Below, one piece after another: positions 10,737 to 20,492 of a stretch of DNA of 64,000 nucleotides. A model generated the notes under the pieces. The model was given only the letters and a program-made list of their open reading frames with translations. It ran no database searches and had not been told where the DNA came from. The stretch is from Candidatus Hydrogenedentota bacterium. GTDB lineage: Bacteria > Hydrogenedentota > Hydrogenedentia > Hydrogenedentales > SLHB01. The stretch is from NCBI GenBank assembly GCA_045863295.1, contig BTWA01000001.1, positions 64,001 through 128,000 of the forward strand. Direction: 5' to 3'. A program made the position numbers and the translations under genes. Position 1 is the first letter of the stretch. Each line of letters opens with the position of its first letter.

Positions 10737-10762
10737 CATATTTACCCAACTCCTGTTACACT
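10734..10762 (+). promoter_or_regulatory. Sigma70-type promoter of the ftsK operon
   Basis: TTGCAT-17 nt-TACACT with extended TGn, in an AT-rich intergenic region. Confidence 0.6.
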
Positions 10763-10822
10763 CAAATCAAAATTGGGGTCGTCTTGTGGGGTTCAAAACA
10801 CGAAAGGATCGAACTAGTGCCG

Positions 10823-13423
10823 ATGTTGTCCTCCGAACGGCGCAGTGAAATTCTTGGCGTATTTTTATTTTGTATCAGTATTCTTCTTTTTCTTGCGCTT
10901 GTGACCGATGGTTACCAAGGCAGCCCACGAAGGCCAATCGAAGATATCTCAGGAGTCCCGAATGCTCTGGGTAAGCCCGGAGCCGCCGTGGCCGGAATCC
11001 TGTACCTCATTGTCGGTGGCGGAAGCCATGTTCTTTACGTCGTCTTCGCCGTTTGGGGCAGCCTTCTACTTCGCCACAAACCCTTAGACCGGTTACCATG
11101 GCGCCTGTTTGGCGCGGCCCTCTTGACCGTAGCCGTGGGTGCCTTGCTTCACGTCGACATTACAATTTTAAAGACAGCCGAGCCTTACGGCGGGGTGTTG
11201 GGGGGCTTCTTTGGAACGCTCTCTTACAGCACGTTTGGGGTCGTTGGATCGAATGTGTTGTGGACCACTCTCGGCATAGTTGGAACCCTGCTCTCCACCG
11301 AATTTCTATTCGTTCGGCTCCTGGACAGACTTGGCGGTCTCGTCGTGTTGATGCTGCATGCCACTTACCTTGGCTTGATTCACCTGGGCAAGAGGCTCTC
11401 CTCTTCGCCGGATACCGTGGCGGAAGCGGCCCCGACGGCTGCGAAGGGACGAAAGGGAACGGCCCCTGCCGCAAAAGAGTATCCCTTCGAGGAACCGCCG
11501 ATTGTGGTCGCGCCGTTTACCGGATACAACGACTCCGCTGGTTTGGCGATGTCTCCCCATACCACGGCGATCTCTCATCCCGGTCACATCACACGCAAGA
11601 TGCCGGAACTGCCTCTTCCCGAGCCGGAAATGGTGCCGGCAACTTCTGGTTACGACGAGACCGTGCCAGAACCGCCCCGCGAACCCATTCGTATTCACCC
11701 GTCCCCTCGGGCCACGGACTCCCTTGTCGAGTCCGCAGCGCCTGCCTCAAAGGAATCCAAATCTTCGAAGAAGGCCCGAGCGGCGACGCCTGCTGAGCCT
11801 GTTTCCGAAGCTCCCGCGGAAACCCCGGACTTGGAAGAGCCGGTGGTTGCGGACGTCGTGCCCTACGAGGCGCGTACGTCAAGCAAGGCCAAGGCCGCTC
11901 CCATGCCTCGGCGCAAGTCGGTCATCATGGACGAGTTGCCCGACGACTACGAATATCCGAAACGGTACACGAAGCCGTCGCTGGAGATTTTTGAAGTCGC
12001 CGAACAGACTGAAGAAGAGGATTGGAGCGAGCAGCTTCTGGCGACCAGCGCGCTGTTGGAGCAGACGCTCCTCACCTTTGGGATTGAAGCGCGGGTTACC
12101 GACGTGACTCGTGGACCGACGATTACCCGGTTCGAGTTGGAGCCGGCGCCGGGCATCAAGGTTGCCCGTTTCCAGACCTTGGCTGATGACATAGCCCTTG
12201 CACTTAAAGCGCACCGGGTGCGGGTGGAAGCGCCCATTCCGGGCAAGGGCCGCGTCGGCATTGAAGTGCCCAACAAGCACCGCGAGGCCGTAACCATTCG
12301 CGAACTGCTCGAATCGAAGAAATTCTCAAAAGCCAAGGGCATTCTCAATCTGGCACTTGGCAAAGACATTGCCGGCGACCCGACCGTAGTGGATCTGACG
12401 ACCATGCCGCACCTTCTCGTGGCGGGCGCCACCGGCGCGGGCAAAACGGTATGTGTAAAGACCTTGCTTGCGAGTGTACTCTGCGCGAAGACACCGGAAG
12501 AACTGCAGCTTATGCTAATAGACCCGAAGATGGTGGAGTTGTCGATCTTCAACGACATTCCGCATCTCATTACACCGGTCGTCATTGATCCGAAGAAAGC
12601 GGCCCACGCGCTGAACTGGCTGATCGTGGAAATGGAAGAGCGCTACCGGCTGTTCGCGCATCTACGCGTGCGGAACATCGAAGTCTATAATGAAAGTGTA
12701 GACAACGGCGAAATCGAAATGGTCGGCGACGACGGCACCGGCGGGTCCGTGGAATCCATCCGCAAGCTGCCCTACATCGTGTGCATTATTGACGAATTGG
12801 CCGACCTGATGATGCTCGCCCGTGCCGAGGTGGAAGATGCGATTGCCCGGCTGGCTCAGCTCGCCCGCGCTGTGGGGATTCACCTGATTATTGCCACCCA
12901 GCGTCCCAGCGTAGACGTGCTCACAGGGGTCATTAAGGCCAACTTCCCGGCGCGCATGTCATTTCAGGTGTCCTCCCGTGTGGACTCGCGTTGCATTCTC
13001 GACGAAATTGGCGCGGAGCGGCTTATTGGCCGGGGCGATATGCTCTATTTGCCGGCGGGCCAGTCCAAGCCGACCCGCATTCAGGGGGCCTTTGTGAGCG
13101 ACGAGGAGATGAACCGGCTCATTGCCTATTTGAAGACACAGGCACCGCCTCAATACCGGGACGAAATCGAAAAGTTCGGGAAAAAGGACCAGCTGGACGA
13201 TTTGGCGGATCAGGACGACGATTTGTTTGACGAAGCGGTACGGGTTGTGCTTGAATCTGGGCAGGCATCCATATCTATGGTGCAACGGCGGCTCCGTGTG
13301 GGGTATACTCGAGCCGCGCGCCTGATAGACATGATGGAAATTAGGGGGATTGTGGGGCCGCATATGGGTAGCAAGGCTCGAGAAATCCTAGTTGATGCTC
13401 CGCCCAAGAACGAGGTCGCATGA
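10823..13423 (+). CDS. ftsK: DNA translocase FtsK
   Basis: N-terminal TM domain, Pro-rich linker, PHLLVAGATGAGKT, IIDELADLM, ATQRPSVDV, gamma domain SISMVQRRLRVGYTRAARL. Start could also be GTG 10817 or TTG 10784. Confidence 0.97.
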   Translation: MLSSERRSEILGVFLFCISILLFLALVTDGYQGSPRRPIEDISGVPNALGKPGAAVAGILYLIVGGGSHVLYVVFAVWGSLLLRHKPLDRLPWRLFGAALLTVAVGALLHVDITILKTAEPYGGVLGGFFGTLSYSTFGVVGSNVLWTTLGIVGTLLSTEFLFVRLLDRLGGLVVLMLHATYLGLIHLGKRLSSSPDTVAEAAPTAAKGRKGTAPAAKEYPFEEPPIVVAPFTGYNDSAGLAMSPHTTAISHPGHITRKMPELPLPEPEMVPATSGYDETVPEPPREPIRIHPSPRATDSLVESAAPASKESKSSKKARAATPAEPVSEAPAETPDLEEPVVADVVPYEARTSSKAKAAPMPRRKSVIMDELPDDYEYPKRYTKPSLEIFEVAEQTEEEDWSEQLLATSALLEQTLLTFGIEARVTDVTRGPTITRFELEPAPGIKVARFQTLADDIALALKAHRVRVEAPIPGKGRVGIEVPNKHREAVTIRELLESKKFSKAKGILNLALGKDIAGDPTVVDLTTMPHLLVAGATGAGKTVCVKTLLASVLCAKTPEELQLMLIDPKMVELSIFNDIPHLITPVVIDPKKAAHALNWLIVEMEERYRLFAHLRVRNIEVYNESVDNGEIEMVGDDGTGGSVESIRKLPYIVCIIDELADLMMLARAEVEDAIARLAQLARAVGIHLIIATQRPSVDVLTGVIKANFPARMSFQVSSRVDSRCILDEIGAERLIGRGDMLYLPAGQSKPTRIQGAFVSDEEMNRLIAYLKTQAPPQYRDEIEKFGKKDQLDDLADQDDDLFDEAVRVVLESGQASISMVQRRLRVGYTRAARLIDMMEIRGIVGPHMGSKAREILVDAPPKNEVA

Positions 13424-13890
13424 AGCAAACTACACGCTTTCCCGGCTTTGAATTAAAAGCCCGCCGCGATCAACTTGGCTTCAGCGTCGAGGAAATTTAC
13501 CGAAAGCTGCGTATTCCCGCGCAGACGATTCACCTATTAGAATCCGGCGATTTGCAGAAGTTGCCTGCCGCCTGCTACACCGTGGGTTTCCTTCGATCCT
13601 ACTGCGAATTTCTTGGCCTGCCGTCCAAGCAATACATCGATTTGTATCATGTTGCGCTGCTGCCACCCAGCCGCTTTCGCCGTCCGTTCGAGGGTGGGTC
13701 CGGCGGTACTGCCCAACTCCCTCTGCCATCGTGGGTTCGCGACGGATTAACGTGGGCGGCCGTCCTGGGCATGGTGGGTATCGGTTGGTTGACTTGGTCT
13801 GTCGTATTTCAACCCAACTTGGACCCTGCCGAAACAAGCGTCCAGGCAGGCGTATTGTCCGTTCCCACACCGCCTTCCGAATCCGAATAA
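13420..13890 (+). CDS. Short RodZ-like helix-turn-helix membrane protein
   Basis: GFELKARR..LESGD..LPAACYTVGFLRSYCEFLGL HTH, one TM helix, no large periplasmic domain; lies between ftsK and pgsA. Confidence 0.8.
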   Translation: MKQTTRFPGFELKARRDQLGFSVEEIYRKLRIPAQTIHLLESGDLQKLPAACYTVGFLRSYCEFLGLPSKQYIDLYHVALLPPSRFRRPFEGGSGGTAQLPLPSWVRDGLTWAAVLGMVGIGWLTWSVVFQPNLDPAETSVQAGVLSVPTPPSESE

Positions 13891-14006
13891 TCACGCCGTT
13901 CTCCTTGCCGGATTCTAACGTGGGCTTTCCCCCGCATGATTTGCTACTATTCGGCGTAATTTCCGCACCGACTGATTGAAAATGTCACTCATGGAGTGCG
14001 CCTCGC

Positions 14007-14636
14007 GTGAGCAGTAACGCCGACACACGCAGCATCGGGTTCAACCTACCCAACCAACTGACGTTGGCCCGGGTGGTTATGGTGCCCATATTCGTAGCTG
14101 TCATGTCCTTTCACAACTATGTCTGTTTTGCGGTGGGATATGTACTCTTTGTGGTCGCCGTCATTACGGACTATTACGATGGCAAGATTGCCCGAGACCG
14201 CAACCAAGTCACGAATTTTGGCAAATTGATCGATCCCCTTGCGGACAAGATTTTGATGTCGGCGGCTTTTCTGATGGCGATGGATATTTCTCCGTTGCGC
14301 ATTCCGGCTTGGACCGTAGTGGCAATTCTGGCGCGTGAATTCCTTGTTACCGGAATTCGTACCCTAGCAGTCACCGAAGGAGTTGTGATCCCCGCCGAGG
14401 GCCACGGCAAAATCAAGACCGCCGCCCAGATGACCTATATCCTGCTTTTCATCCCGCTAGCCGTGGTTTCTCACGTGCTGCAGGGGCAAGGGTTGGACGT
14501 CGCCGCCAGGTACGATTCTGTCGTGGCTGTTACTTCCCTGTGGTGCGCTGTCGGTGTGGCCCTCTATACGGTGTATTCGGGCATCCATTACTTGGTGAAC
14601 AACTGGCGCGTGCTGCACTTGGGCGCACAATCATGA
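14007..14636 (+). CDS. pgsA: CDP-diacylglycerol--glycerol-3-phosphate 3-phosphatidyltransferase
   Basis: NLPNQLTLAR and TDYYDGKIAR..TNFGKLIDPLADK CDP-alcohol phosphatidyltransferase motif. Confidence 0.93.
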   Translation: MSSNADTRSIGFNLPNQLTLARVVMVPIFVAVMSFHNYVCFAVGYVLFVVAVITDYYDGKIARDRNQVTNFGKLIDPLADKILMSAAFLMAMDISPLRIPAWTVVAILAREFLVTGIRTLAVTEGVVIPAEGHGKIKTAAQMTYILLFIPLAVVSHVLQGQGLDVAARYDSVVAVTSLWCAVGVALYTVYSGIHYLVNNWRVLHLGAQS

Positions 14637-15748
14637 GCGCGGCGCACTCCCGAGCCATTATCGATCTCAGCGCCTATGCGCAGAATTTGCGTGCCATCCG
14701 CGACGCTGTCCCCCCGGAAACGGGAATCCTCGCTGTGGTCAAGGCCGACGCATACGGGCTGGGCATGATCCCCATTGCACAGCGCGCCGTGGCCGAAGGC
14801 GTGTCCATGCTTGGCGTGGCACACGTGAGCGAGGGAATTGCGTTGCGGAAGGCCGGCATAACCGCCCCTGTCCTCATAATGGTGCAGCCCTTCGAGGATT
14901 CACTTGCCGCCGCAGTCGAGAACGATTTGCGCATTACCGTGTCCAACGTGCAGATTGCTGAGAAATTGGGCGAGATTGCCCGCGGTATGAACAAGGTGGT
15001 GCCGGTCCATTGCGAGATCGACACCGGGATGGGCCGGCAAGGTTTTCACGTGGATACCGCGGTCGCGGACATGCTTTTCCTGACACGGATTTCTCACATC
15101 GACATCGAAGGCATTTTCACGCACTTTCCTTCCGCGGACGATTCCAAAGAACCGTTCACCGCGCAGCAGTTGCGCCAGTTCCGCAACCTTTTGCGTCAAG
15201 TGGACAAAGAAGGTATCCCGTACGAACTGGCCCATGCGAGCAACAGCGCTGGGATCGTGACCCAGCCCACCGCGGCGTTCGACATGGTGCGGCCGGGCAT
15301 CATGACGTACGGCGTGTGGCCGGCGGACACGCCGCGCACCATGAACATTGCGCCAGTCGTTCGCTGGGAGACGAAGATTGCATTGCTCAAGGATATTCAG
15401 GCGGAAAGCACCGTCGGCTACGGCCGAACGTATACCACAAAAGAGGCGATTCGCACGGCCGTCCTCCCCGTGGGCTATGCCGATGGTTACATGCTGGCGT
15501 TGTCCAACCGCAGCCACGTGCTGATACGAGGCCAGAAATGCCCTGTGCGCGGACGCGTATCCATGAACCATACCGTGGTCGAGGTCGGCCACGTTGGCGG
15601 CGTTTCCGTGGGCGATACCGCTGTTCTGATAGGATCCGATGGCGGCAAGTCGATCGCCGTGGAAGAGTTGGCGCATCAGGCGAACACCATTCCCTACGAA
15701 ATACTCACGGGCATCGGACGTTCCGTCGAGCGCGTCTACCTGGATTGA
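14633..15748 (+). CDS. alr: Alanine racemase
   Basis: AVVKADAYGLG PLP-Lys motif, DTGMGRQG, VGYGRTY, GYADG, TIPYEIL. ATG overlaps the pgsA stop. Confidence 0.96.
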   Translation: MSAAHSRAIIDLSAYAQNLRAIRDAVPPETGILAVVKADAYGLGMIPIAQRAVAEGVSMLGVAHVSEGIALRKAGITAPVLIMVQPFEDSLAAAVENDLRITVSNVQIAEKLGEIARGMNKVVPVHCEIDTGMGRQGFHVDTAVADMLFLTRISHIDIEGIFTHFPSADDSKEPFTAQQLRQFRNLLRQVDKEGIPYELAHASNSAGIVTQPTAAFDMVRPGIMTYGVWPADTPRTMNIAPVVRWETKIALLKDIQAESTVGYGRTYTTKEAIRTAVLPVGYADGYMLALSNRSHVLIRGQKCPVRGRVSMNHTVVEVGHVGGVSVGDTAVLIGSDGGKSIAVEELAHQANTIPYEILTGIGRSVERVYLD

Positions 15749-15751
15749 CTC

Positions 15752-16273
15752 GTGTCTCTCACCTACATCATCGACGGCTACAATGTCATGCACCGGTGCC
15801 GCGGCCTGCTTTCCACCGCCGATCACAGTATTGAGACGGCCCGCAACGAGCTTGTCGATCGCGTCGTTCGCTATTGCGCCGAATCGATGGATCATGCGGT
15901 AATCGTGTTTGATGGCCGGGGTCCGCTCTCCGAATCGGCGCGGCCGGAGCACTTTGCCAATGTCGAAATTGTTTACTCTCCGAAGCACCTCAACGCGGAC
16001 ACGCTCATTGAACGCCGCATCTATGAAGCCACTGGCCGCACCAACTATGTCGTGGTCAGCGGAGACAAAGGTATTCGCGATCTGTGCCGGGGCATGGGTT
16101 CGCTTGCCCTCACGCCGGACAATTTTCTGACGACATTACGTAACGCCTTTGAGCAGGACCGGCAAGTGCGCCAGTATGCCGCCGATCAAAGCAAGCGCAA
16201 CGAGGTCAGCGATCGGCTCGACGCGGGGTCGCTTCAGAAGCTTATCGAGTTACGAAAGAAACTCGATCGGTAG
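15752..16273 (+). CDS. NYN-domain (YacP/Rae1-like) putative ribonuclease
   Basis: YIIDGYNV, IVFDG, NADTLIE, VVSGD acidic motifs. Confidence 0.85.
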   Translation: MSLTYIIDGYNVMHRCRGLLSTADHSIETARNELVDRVVRYCAESMDHAVIVFDGRGPLSESARPEHFANVEIVYSPKHLNADTLIERRIYEATGRTNYVVVSGDKGIRDLCRGMGSLALTPDNFLTTLRNAFEQDRQVRQYAADQSKRNEVSDRLDAGSLQKLIELRKKLDR

Positions 16274-16451
16274 GCTATCTTCCTCTCAAACCAGAACGCA
16301 ATTAGGTCACCATCAATACGCACAACTCTGCTTCAGCGCGTTTGGCGTAGGATATATACTGTCTTTCAATTGCGTGCTTTCCATACTATGATTAAGCGTT
16401 CCGCATCCGTACGCAGTAGGTTGTGGCCAATACGAATGGGCGATTTCCGAA

Positions 16452-17876
16452 ATGATTGCGTTGCCGTCCCGCATAACCAACGCAGTACCGGCCAAAGGTG
16501 AATGGCCGCGGATTCTCCTGCTGGCACTTTTGTATTTGGTGTTTGGCCGCATCTGCTTTTCGCTCGGCACGATACATGAAAACATCTCGATGGTCGTGTA
16601 CGTGCCCGAGGGCATCAGCCTGGCGTTTGGAATTCTGTACGGCCCGCGCATGGCGTGGGGGGTGTTGCTGGGCGAGTTCCTGCTGGTGCAATCCTCTGGC
16701 GGCCCGCTTTGGTTCTCGCTTGTCCTTGCGTGCTCCAATGCCGGTGAGAACGCCCTTGGCGCATGGTTGTTGCGGCGCAAAGGGTTGCACAAGGGCGCCA
16801 TTGATGCTACTGGCGTCATTTGGCTCGCGCTGGTATCCGCCCTGCTCATCCAACCCATGAGCGCCACTGGGGGTGTGCTGGCCAAGACGATTCACGAAGG
16901 GCTGGTTTGGTCCGATGCCGGCATCACCTGGGCCTATTGGTGGTTGGCAAACGTGCTTGGTCAAGTGCTGGTCACCCCCTTCATCCTTGCATGGGTTTTT
17001 CCAAGCGATTCCATGTGGTCTGCGCGATCCCCGTGGGAGAAGTGGGGGGCCATCGGGGGCAATGCGCTTGTGCTTTTCACGTCGGTCTATTGGCTTCCGG
17101 AATCCATGCGCAACCCTATCATCATGATCAGCCTTCCGTATCCGACGATGACTTGGGGCATGCTTCGCCTTGGACTTCGCGGCATCACCATCATGAATGC
17201 CATGCTTGTCGGTACGACCGTCCTATCCACCGCGATGGGGACCGGGGTTTTCGTCAACGAGGATCCACTCCCTCAGGACTTCTTCTTCATAAACGTGTTC
17301 ATGGGGTGCGTGGTCATGTCCACAATGATCGTTACAACACTTTTTGTAGAGCGTCACGATCTGGTTGGGGCCCTGCATCGATTGGTGACCATTGATTCCC
17401 TGACCGGCGCCGCCAGTCGCCGGCACTTTTTTGATCGGTTGGGCGAGGAAGTATCGCGAAGCCGGCGGTTCGGTCATCCGCTTTGTGCCATTGTATTCGA
17501 CATTGATCATTTCAAATCCGTGAACGACCGGTACGGCCACGCAACCGGCGATGAAGCGCTCAAATTTGTCGTGCGCGTCGCATTGCGATCATTCCGGAAT
17601 GTCGACCATGTGGGGCGCATCGGCGGAGAGGAATTCGCCGTGCTGATGCCTGAAACGGGGGCTATTTCCGCGTATGAAGCGGCCGAACGGTTTCGCAAAG
17701 CGATTGCAGCCGAACCCATACCGGACGCCAATGGCGGTCAATTCACCATCACGATTTCGGTGGGCGTAGCCCATTTGAAAGAAAGCGACGTGGATCCGGA
17801 GTTGTTGATGCAGCGTGCAGACAATGCCCTGTACGTCTCCAAGAGGAATGGGCGAGACTGTGTGAGCCGGGGATGA
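16452..17876 (+). CDS. MASE1-GGDEF diguanylate cyclase
   Basis: Polytopic MASE1-like N-terminus; DSLTG, DIDHFKSVNDRYGHATGD, RIGGEEF, I-site-like RNVD. Confidence 0.92.
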   Translation: MIALPSRITNAVPAKGEWPRILLLALLYLVFGRICFSLGTIHENISMVVYVPEGISLAFGILYGPRMAWGVLLGEFLLVQSSGGPLWFSLVLACSNAGENALGAWLLRRKGLHKGAIDATGVIWLALVSALLIQPMSATGGVLAKTIHEGLVWSDAGITWAYWWLANVLGQVLVTPFILAWVFPSDSMWSARSPWEKWGAIGGNALVLFTSVYWLPESMRNPIIMISLPYPTMTWGMLRLGLRGITIMNAMLVGTTVLSTAMGTGVFVNEDPLPQDFFFINVFMGCVVMSTMIVTTLFVERHDLVGALHRLVTIDSLTGAASRRHFFDRLGEEVSRSRRFGHPLCAIVFDIDHFKSVNDRYGHATGDEALKFVVRVALRSFRNVDHVGRIGGEEFAVLMPETGAISAYEAAERFRKAIAAEPIPDANGGQFTITISVGVAHLKESDVDPELLMQRADNALYVSKRNGRDCVSRG

Positions 17877-17883
17877 CTTGGGT

Positions 17884-19971
17884 TTACAAGGGTTCAAACC
17901 CTTTCTCTGTCACTTTGTGCCTTTGCATATCGCCGCCTTCGCCGGTGCGGGTTACCAGCGTGATCTCGCCCACGGTCACCGTTGTGGATCCTACGGATAA
18001 AGTCGCCCCGCCAAGGTCGAGCCGGCCTTCCACGCGTACCTTGGATTTGCCGTCTTCCACTTTTTGATATGCTGCCGCGAATACCGCCTGGGTGCCGCGT
18101 TGACGCCGCACGACGACGGGGACAGTCTCCTTCAACTCATATCCGGGTGCGAGTGCGTAGAAGCTTTGCGACCGGTCGAAGAAACGAAACTCGATAACGC
18201 CTTGTCCAGCTTTTACACGAGCTTGTAGCAACGGTTCGCTGAACCGAGTCACCCCCTTCAAGTGATTGTATCCCTGGTTTTCGCCCAAGGCCTCCACTGC
18301 CGCCGACGCAGGCAAATCGACAAATTCGCCCCGCACGTGCAGGGGTAGATCGAACGTGGATTCGTCTTCCGCGGTGCACAGCATGATGTCCAGCACAATG
18401 CCGTCGACTACGGCTACGGTTCGATCAAGGGACACCCCTTTGTATGCCGTGGTGCATGAAGCGCGCGCAATCGCGAACGATCCTTCTTCTGCGAAAGCTT
18501 TCAGCGATCCTCCTGCTCGTTGTTGGCTCGTGCCGTTTACCGCCACTGTATTGTGGGCGATGGTTTGCGCGAACCAGCCGCGATGCATGGGATTTCCGTA
18601 AGGAAGCCTGCCGGGATCGACAAATCGCTCGTCACCGAGGACATACCAAATTACATTCAGTTTTGCCGGGTGTACGTGTCCCGACTTGCCCGGTCCATAG
18701 TCGAGATACAATGCCGACTCTCCATTGGGATCGCGTAGGATGGCCAATCCTTCGGATCGATCGTTCGAGGACCGCGTCAACTGTAGAGGTCGTGGCTCGA
18801 ATTCGGCGGGCATATCCGCGCCCCACAACAACGCCCATGTCGAGTCTCTTGGTTCGAGAAGAGATGCGTATTTTTCATCCGCATACCGCCGGTAGGCCAC
18901 TTCGTAGCAGGCGCGCGCATCTGCAATGGACGAACGGCCACTGTCGTGCAGTGCGGGAAACGTCAAGTCCGGAAAGAGTTGGCGCATGGGAGCGTCGAAC
19001 AGTTTTCGCGCGCGCGGATGTGAGTACACATCCATTCCGGCACGGGCGGCGCCTTCGAATGTGTACAGGAGAGCCCGCAACGCGTACCAATGATACGATG
19101 GCGATTCCTCGTACCACATGCCGCTTGGCAAGACGCTTTTGTCCAGCTGAAAAAGCACCCCGCTGGGTCCATTGAACGCTTCGTCCACCAGTGAGGCGTC
19201 TCCCAGTAGCCAACCGGCCGCAGCAATGCCCGCATTGTGCCACGTCTGCCAATTAGAGATGCCCGCATCGTTCAGGCGAATTGTATCCACCATAGGCCGG
19301 ATCAACGCTCGTTCTATGTTCGAATGATCGTCCGGCGTAAAACACGGCGCGTCATGAACCAGGTCATATCCATACACAAGCCGGCATAGATGCACGGATT
19401 CATCCAACGTCTGCGCGAAGAGGCGGGCCGCACTCTTGGCCTCGGCTTTGCCGTCCCGGTCATGCAGGGGCAAGTTCCGATAGAACTCCGCGTAGTTCAG
19501 TAGAATGGCTTTAGCCGTTTCAGCATGGGAAATGTTGCCGGTCATGGCATAGGCGATGCCCAGATCTTCGAGGCCTCCCAGGTAGTGTGAGTGCCGTTGC
19601 GTTACGTATACGTCGTCGTACGGCCATCCGCTATACATTTCGCCGCAAACGTTGCACCGGTGTTCCGTGGGCGACACGGGCGACAGGGAGCCACCATCTT
19701 TCTTGCAGCTATACCAATGCGTCCATTGGCCTCCTTGGCGAGGCACGTTCAGTGGTTCGCGAGAAAGCGCTTCGGCCCTTTCAATAATTCCATGCAGGAT
19801 TACCTGAGCCCAAGGCTGACTCGCCGCACGCGATTTCGCGGACGCGATTTCTTCCGCGGTGTGAAAGACGCGCGGATATGGACCCTTAGCGACACGGATC
19901 TCCATCGGCGTTTGTGCGATGACAACAGTGATCGGAAGCAAGAACAACAGCGTTACCCGGTATGCGCCCAT
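17884..19971 (-). CDS. Secreted alginate lyase/heparinase II-III family polysaccharide lyase (PL17-like)
   Basis: Signal peptide; QTLDES, SNWQTWHNA, WYEESPSYHWY, GHVHP, TIAHNTV motifs. Confidence 0.8.
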   Translation of the reverse strand: MGAYRVTLLFLLPITVVIAQTPMEIRVAKGPYPRVFHTAEEIASAKSRAASQPWAQVILHGIIERAEALSREPLNVPRQGGQWTHWYSCKKDGGSLSPVSPTEHRCNVCGEMYSGWPYDDVYVTQRHSHYLGGLEDLGIAYAMTGNISHAETAKAILLNYAEFYRNLPLHDRDGKAEAKSAARLFAQTLDESVHLCRLVYGYDLVHDAPCFTPDDHSNIERALIRPMVDTIRLNDAGISNWQTWHNAGIAAAGWLLGDASLVDEAFNGPSGVLFQLDKSVLPSGMWYEESPSYHWYALRALLYTFEGAARAGMDVYSHPRARKLFDAPMRQLFPDLTFPALHDSGRSSIADARACYEVAYRRYADEKYASLLEPRDSTWALLWGADMPAEFEPRPLQLTRSSNDRSEGLAILRDPNGESALYLDYGPGKSGHVHPAKLNVIWYVLGDERFVDPGRLPYGNPMHRGWFAQTIAHNTVAVNGTSQQRAGGSLKAFAEEGSFAIARASCTTAYKGVSLDRTVAVVDGIVLDIMLCTAEDESTFDLPLHVRGEFVDLPASAAVEALGENQGYNHLKGVTRFSEPLLQARVKAGQGVIEFRFFDRSQSFYALAPGYELKETVPVVVRRQRGTQAVFAAAYQKVEDGKSKVRVEGRLDLGGATLSVGSTTVTVGEITLVTRTGEGGDMQRHKVTEKGFEPL

Positions 19972-20029
19972 TACAATTACGCCCCTTGTTTTCCCGGGAA
20001 GAAGGGTAACGCACGCGGGCGCCACACAC

Positions 20030-20425
20030 AAGCCTCAGTGCCCCATATACACGGGGAACTCACTGTTTCGACGCATGGATCCCATTTTCGTCGATTGTGA
20101 ACGCTGGTTTCTGGTTAGTCGAAACCCATGGGTCCAGTCAGTGACATTAGGACAATACTTGCAATCACGTCCCAAGCCTCAGTCCGTTGGATTATCCGAC
20201 TGGCTACTCACAGATACGGATCTTTAGCCCGGATATTTCACGAATTTGTCCAATTAGCTGTGTAACAACAATTCAACCGGCCTGTTACCAAAACTGGCGC
20301 ACTTACAGTGTGCACGTGAAATATCCTCAGCGTTTCAAGCTTACGGAATTCTGTGTGAGCATTTTGCACCACGGAGACTGTACTTCAGTCTTCCACGCAC
20401 ACTTTTAGCGTGGTGCAAAATGCGG
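20030..20425 (-). ncRNA. Candidate large structured non-coding RNA (unassigned)
   Basis: No convincing ORF; many nested inverted repeats including perfect 12-bp and 15-bp pairs; TTGACA on the minus strand at 20440-20445. Strand is inferred. Confidence 0.35.
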
Positions 20426-20492
20426 GTTAGCGGCAGGTTTGTCAAAAGATCGGCTTGAAAGACACCATTTGGAAAGAGACGAGAGTACAGCG

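Noticed and set aside
20310..20335. Hammerhead ribozyme core (CTGAGGA...GAAA on the minus strand)
   Set aside because: The required stem II closing pair and stem III/UH site do not form; the bases are better explained by the 12-bp inverted repeat.
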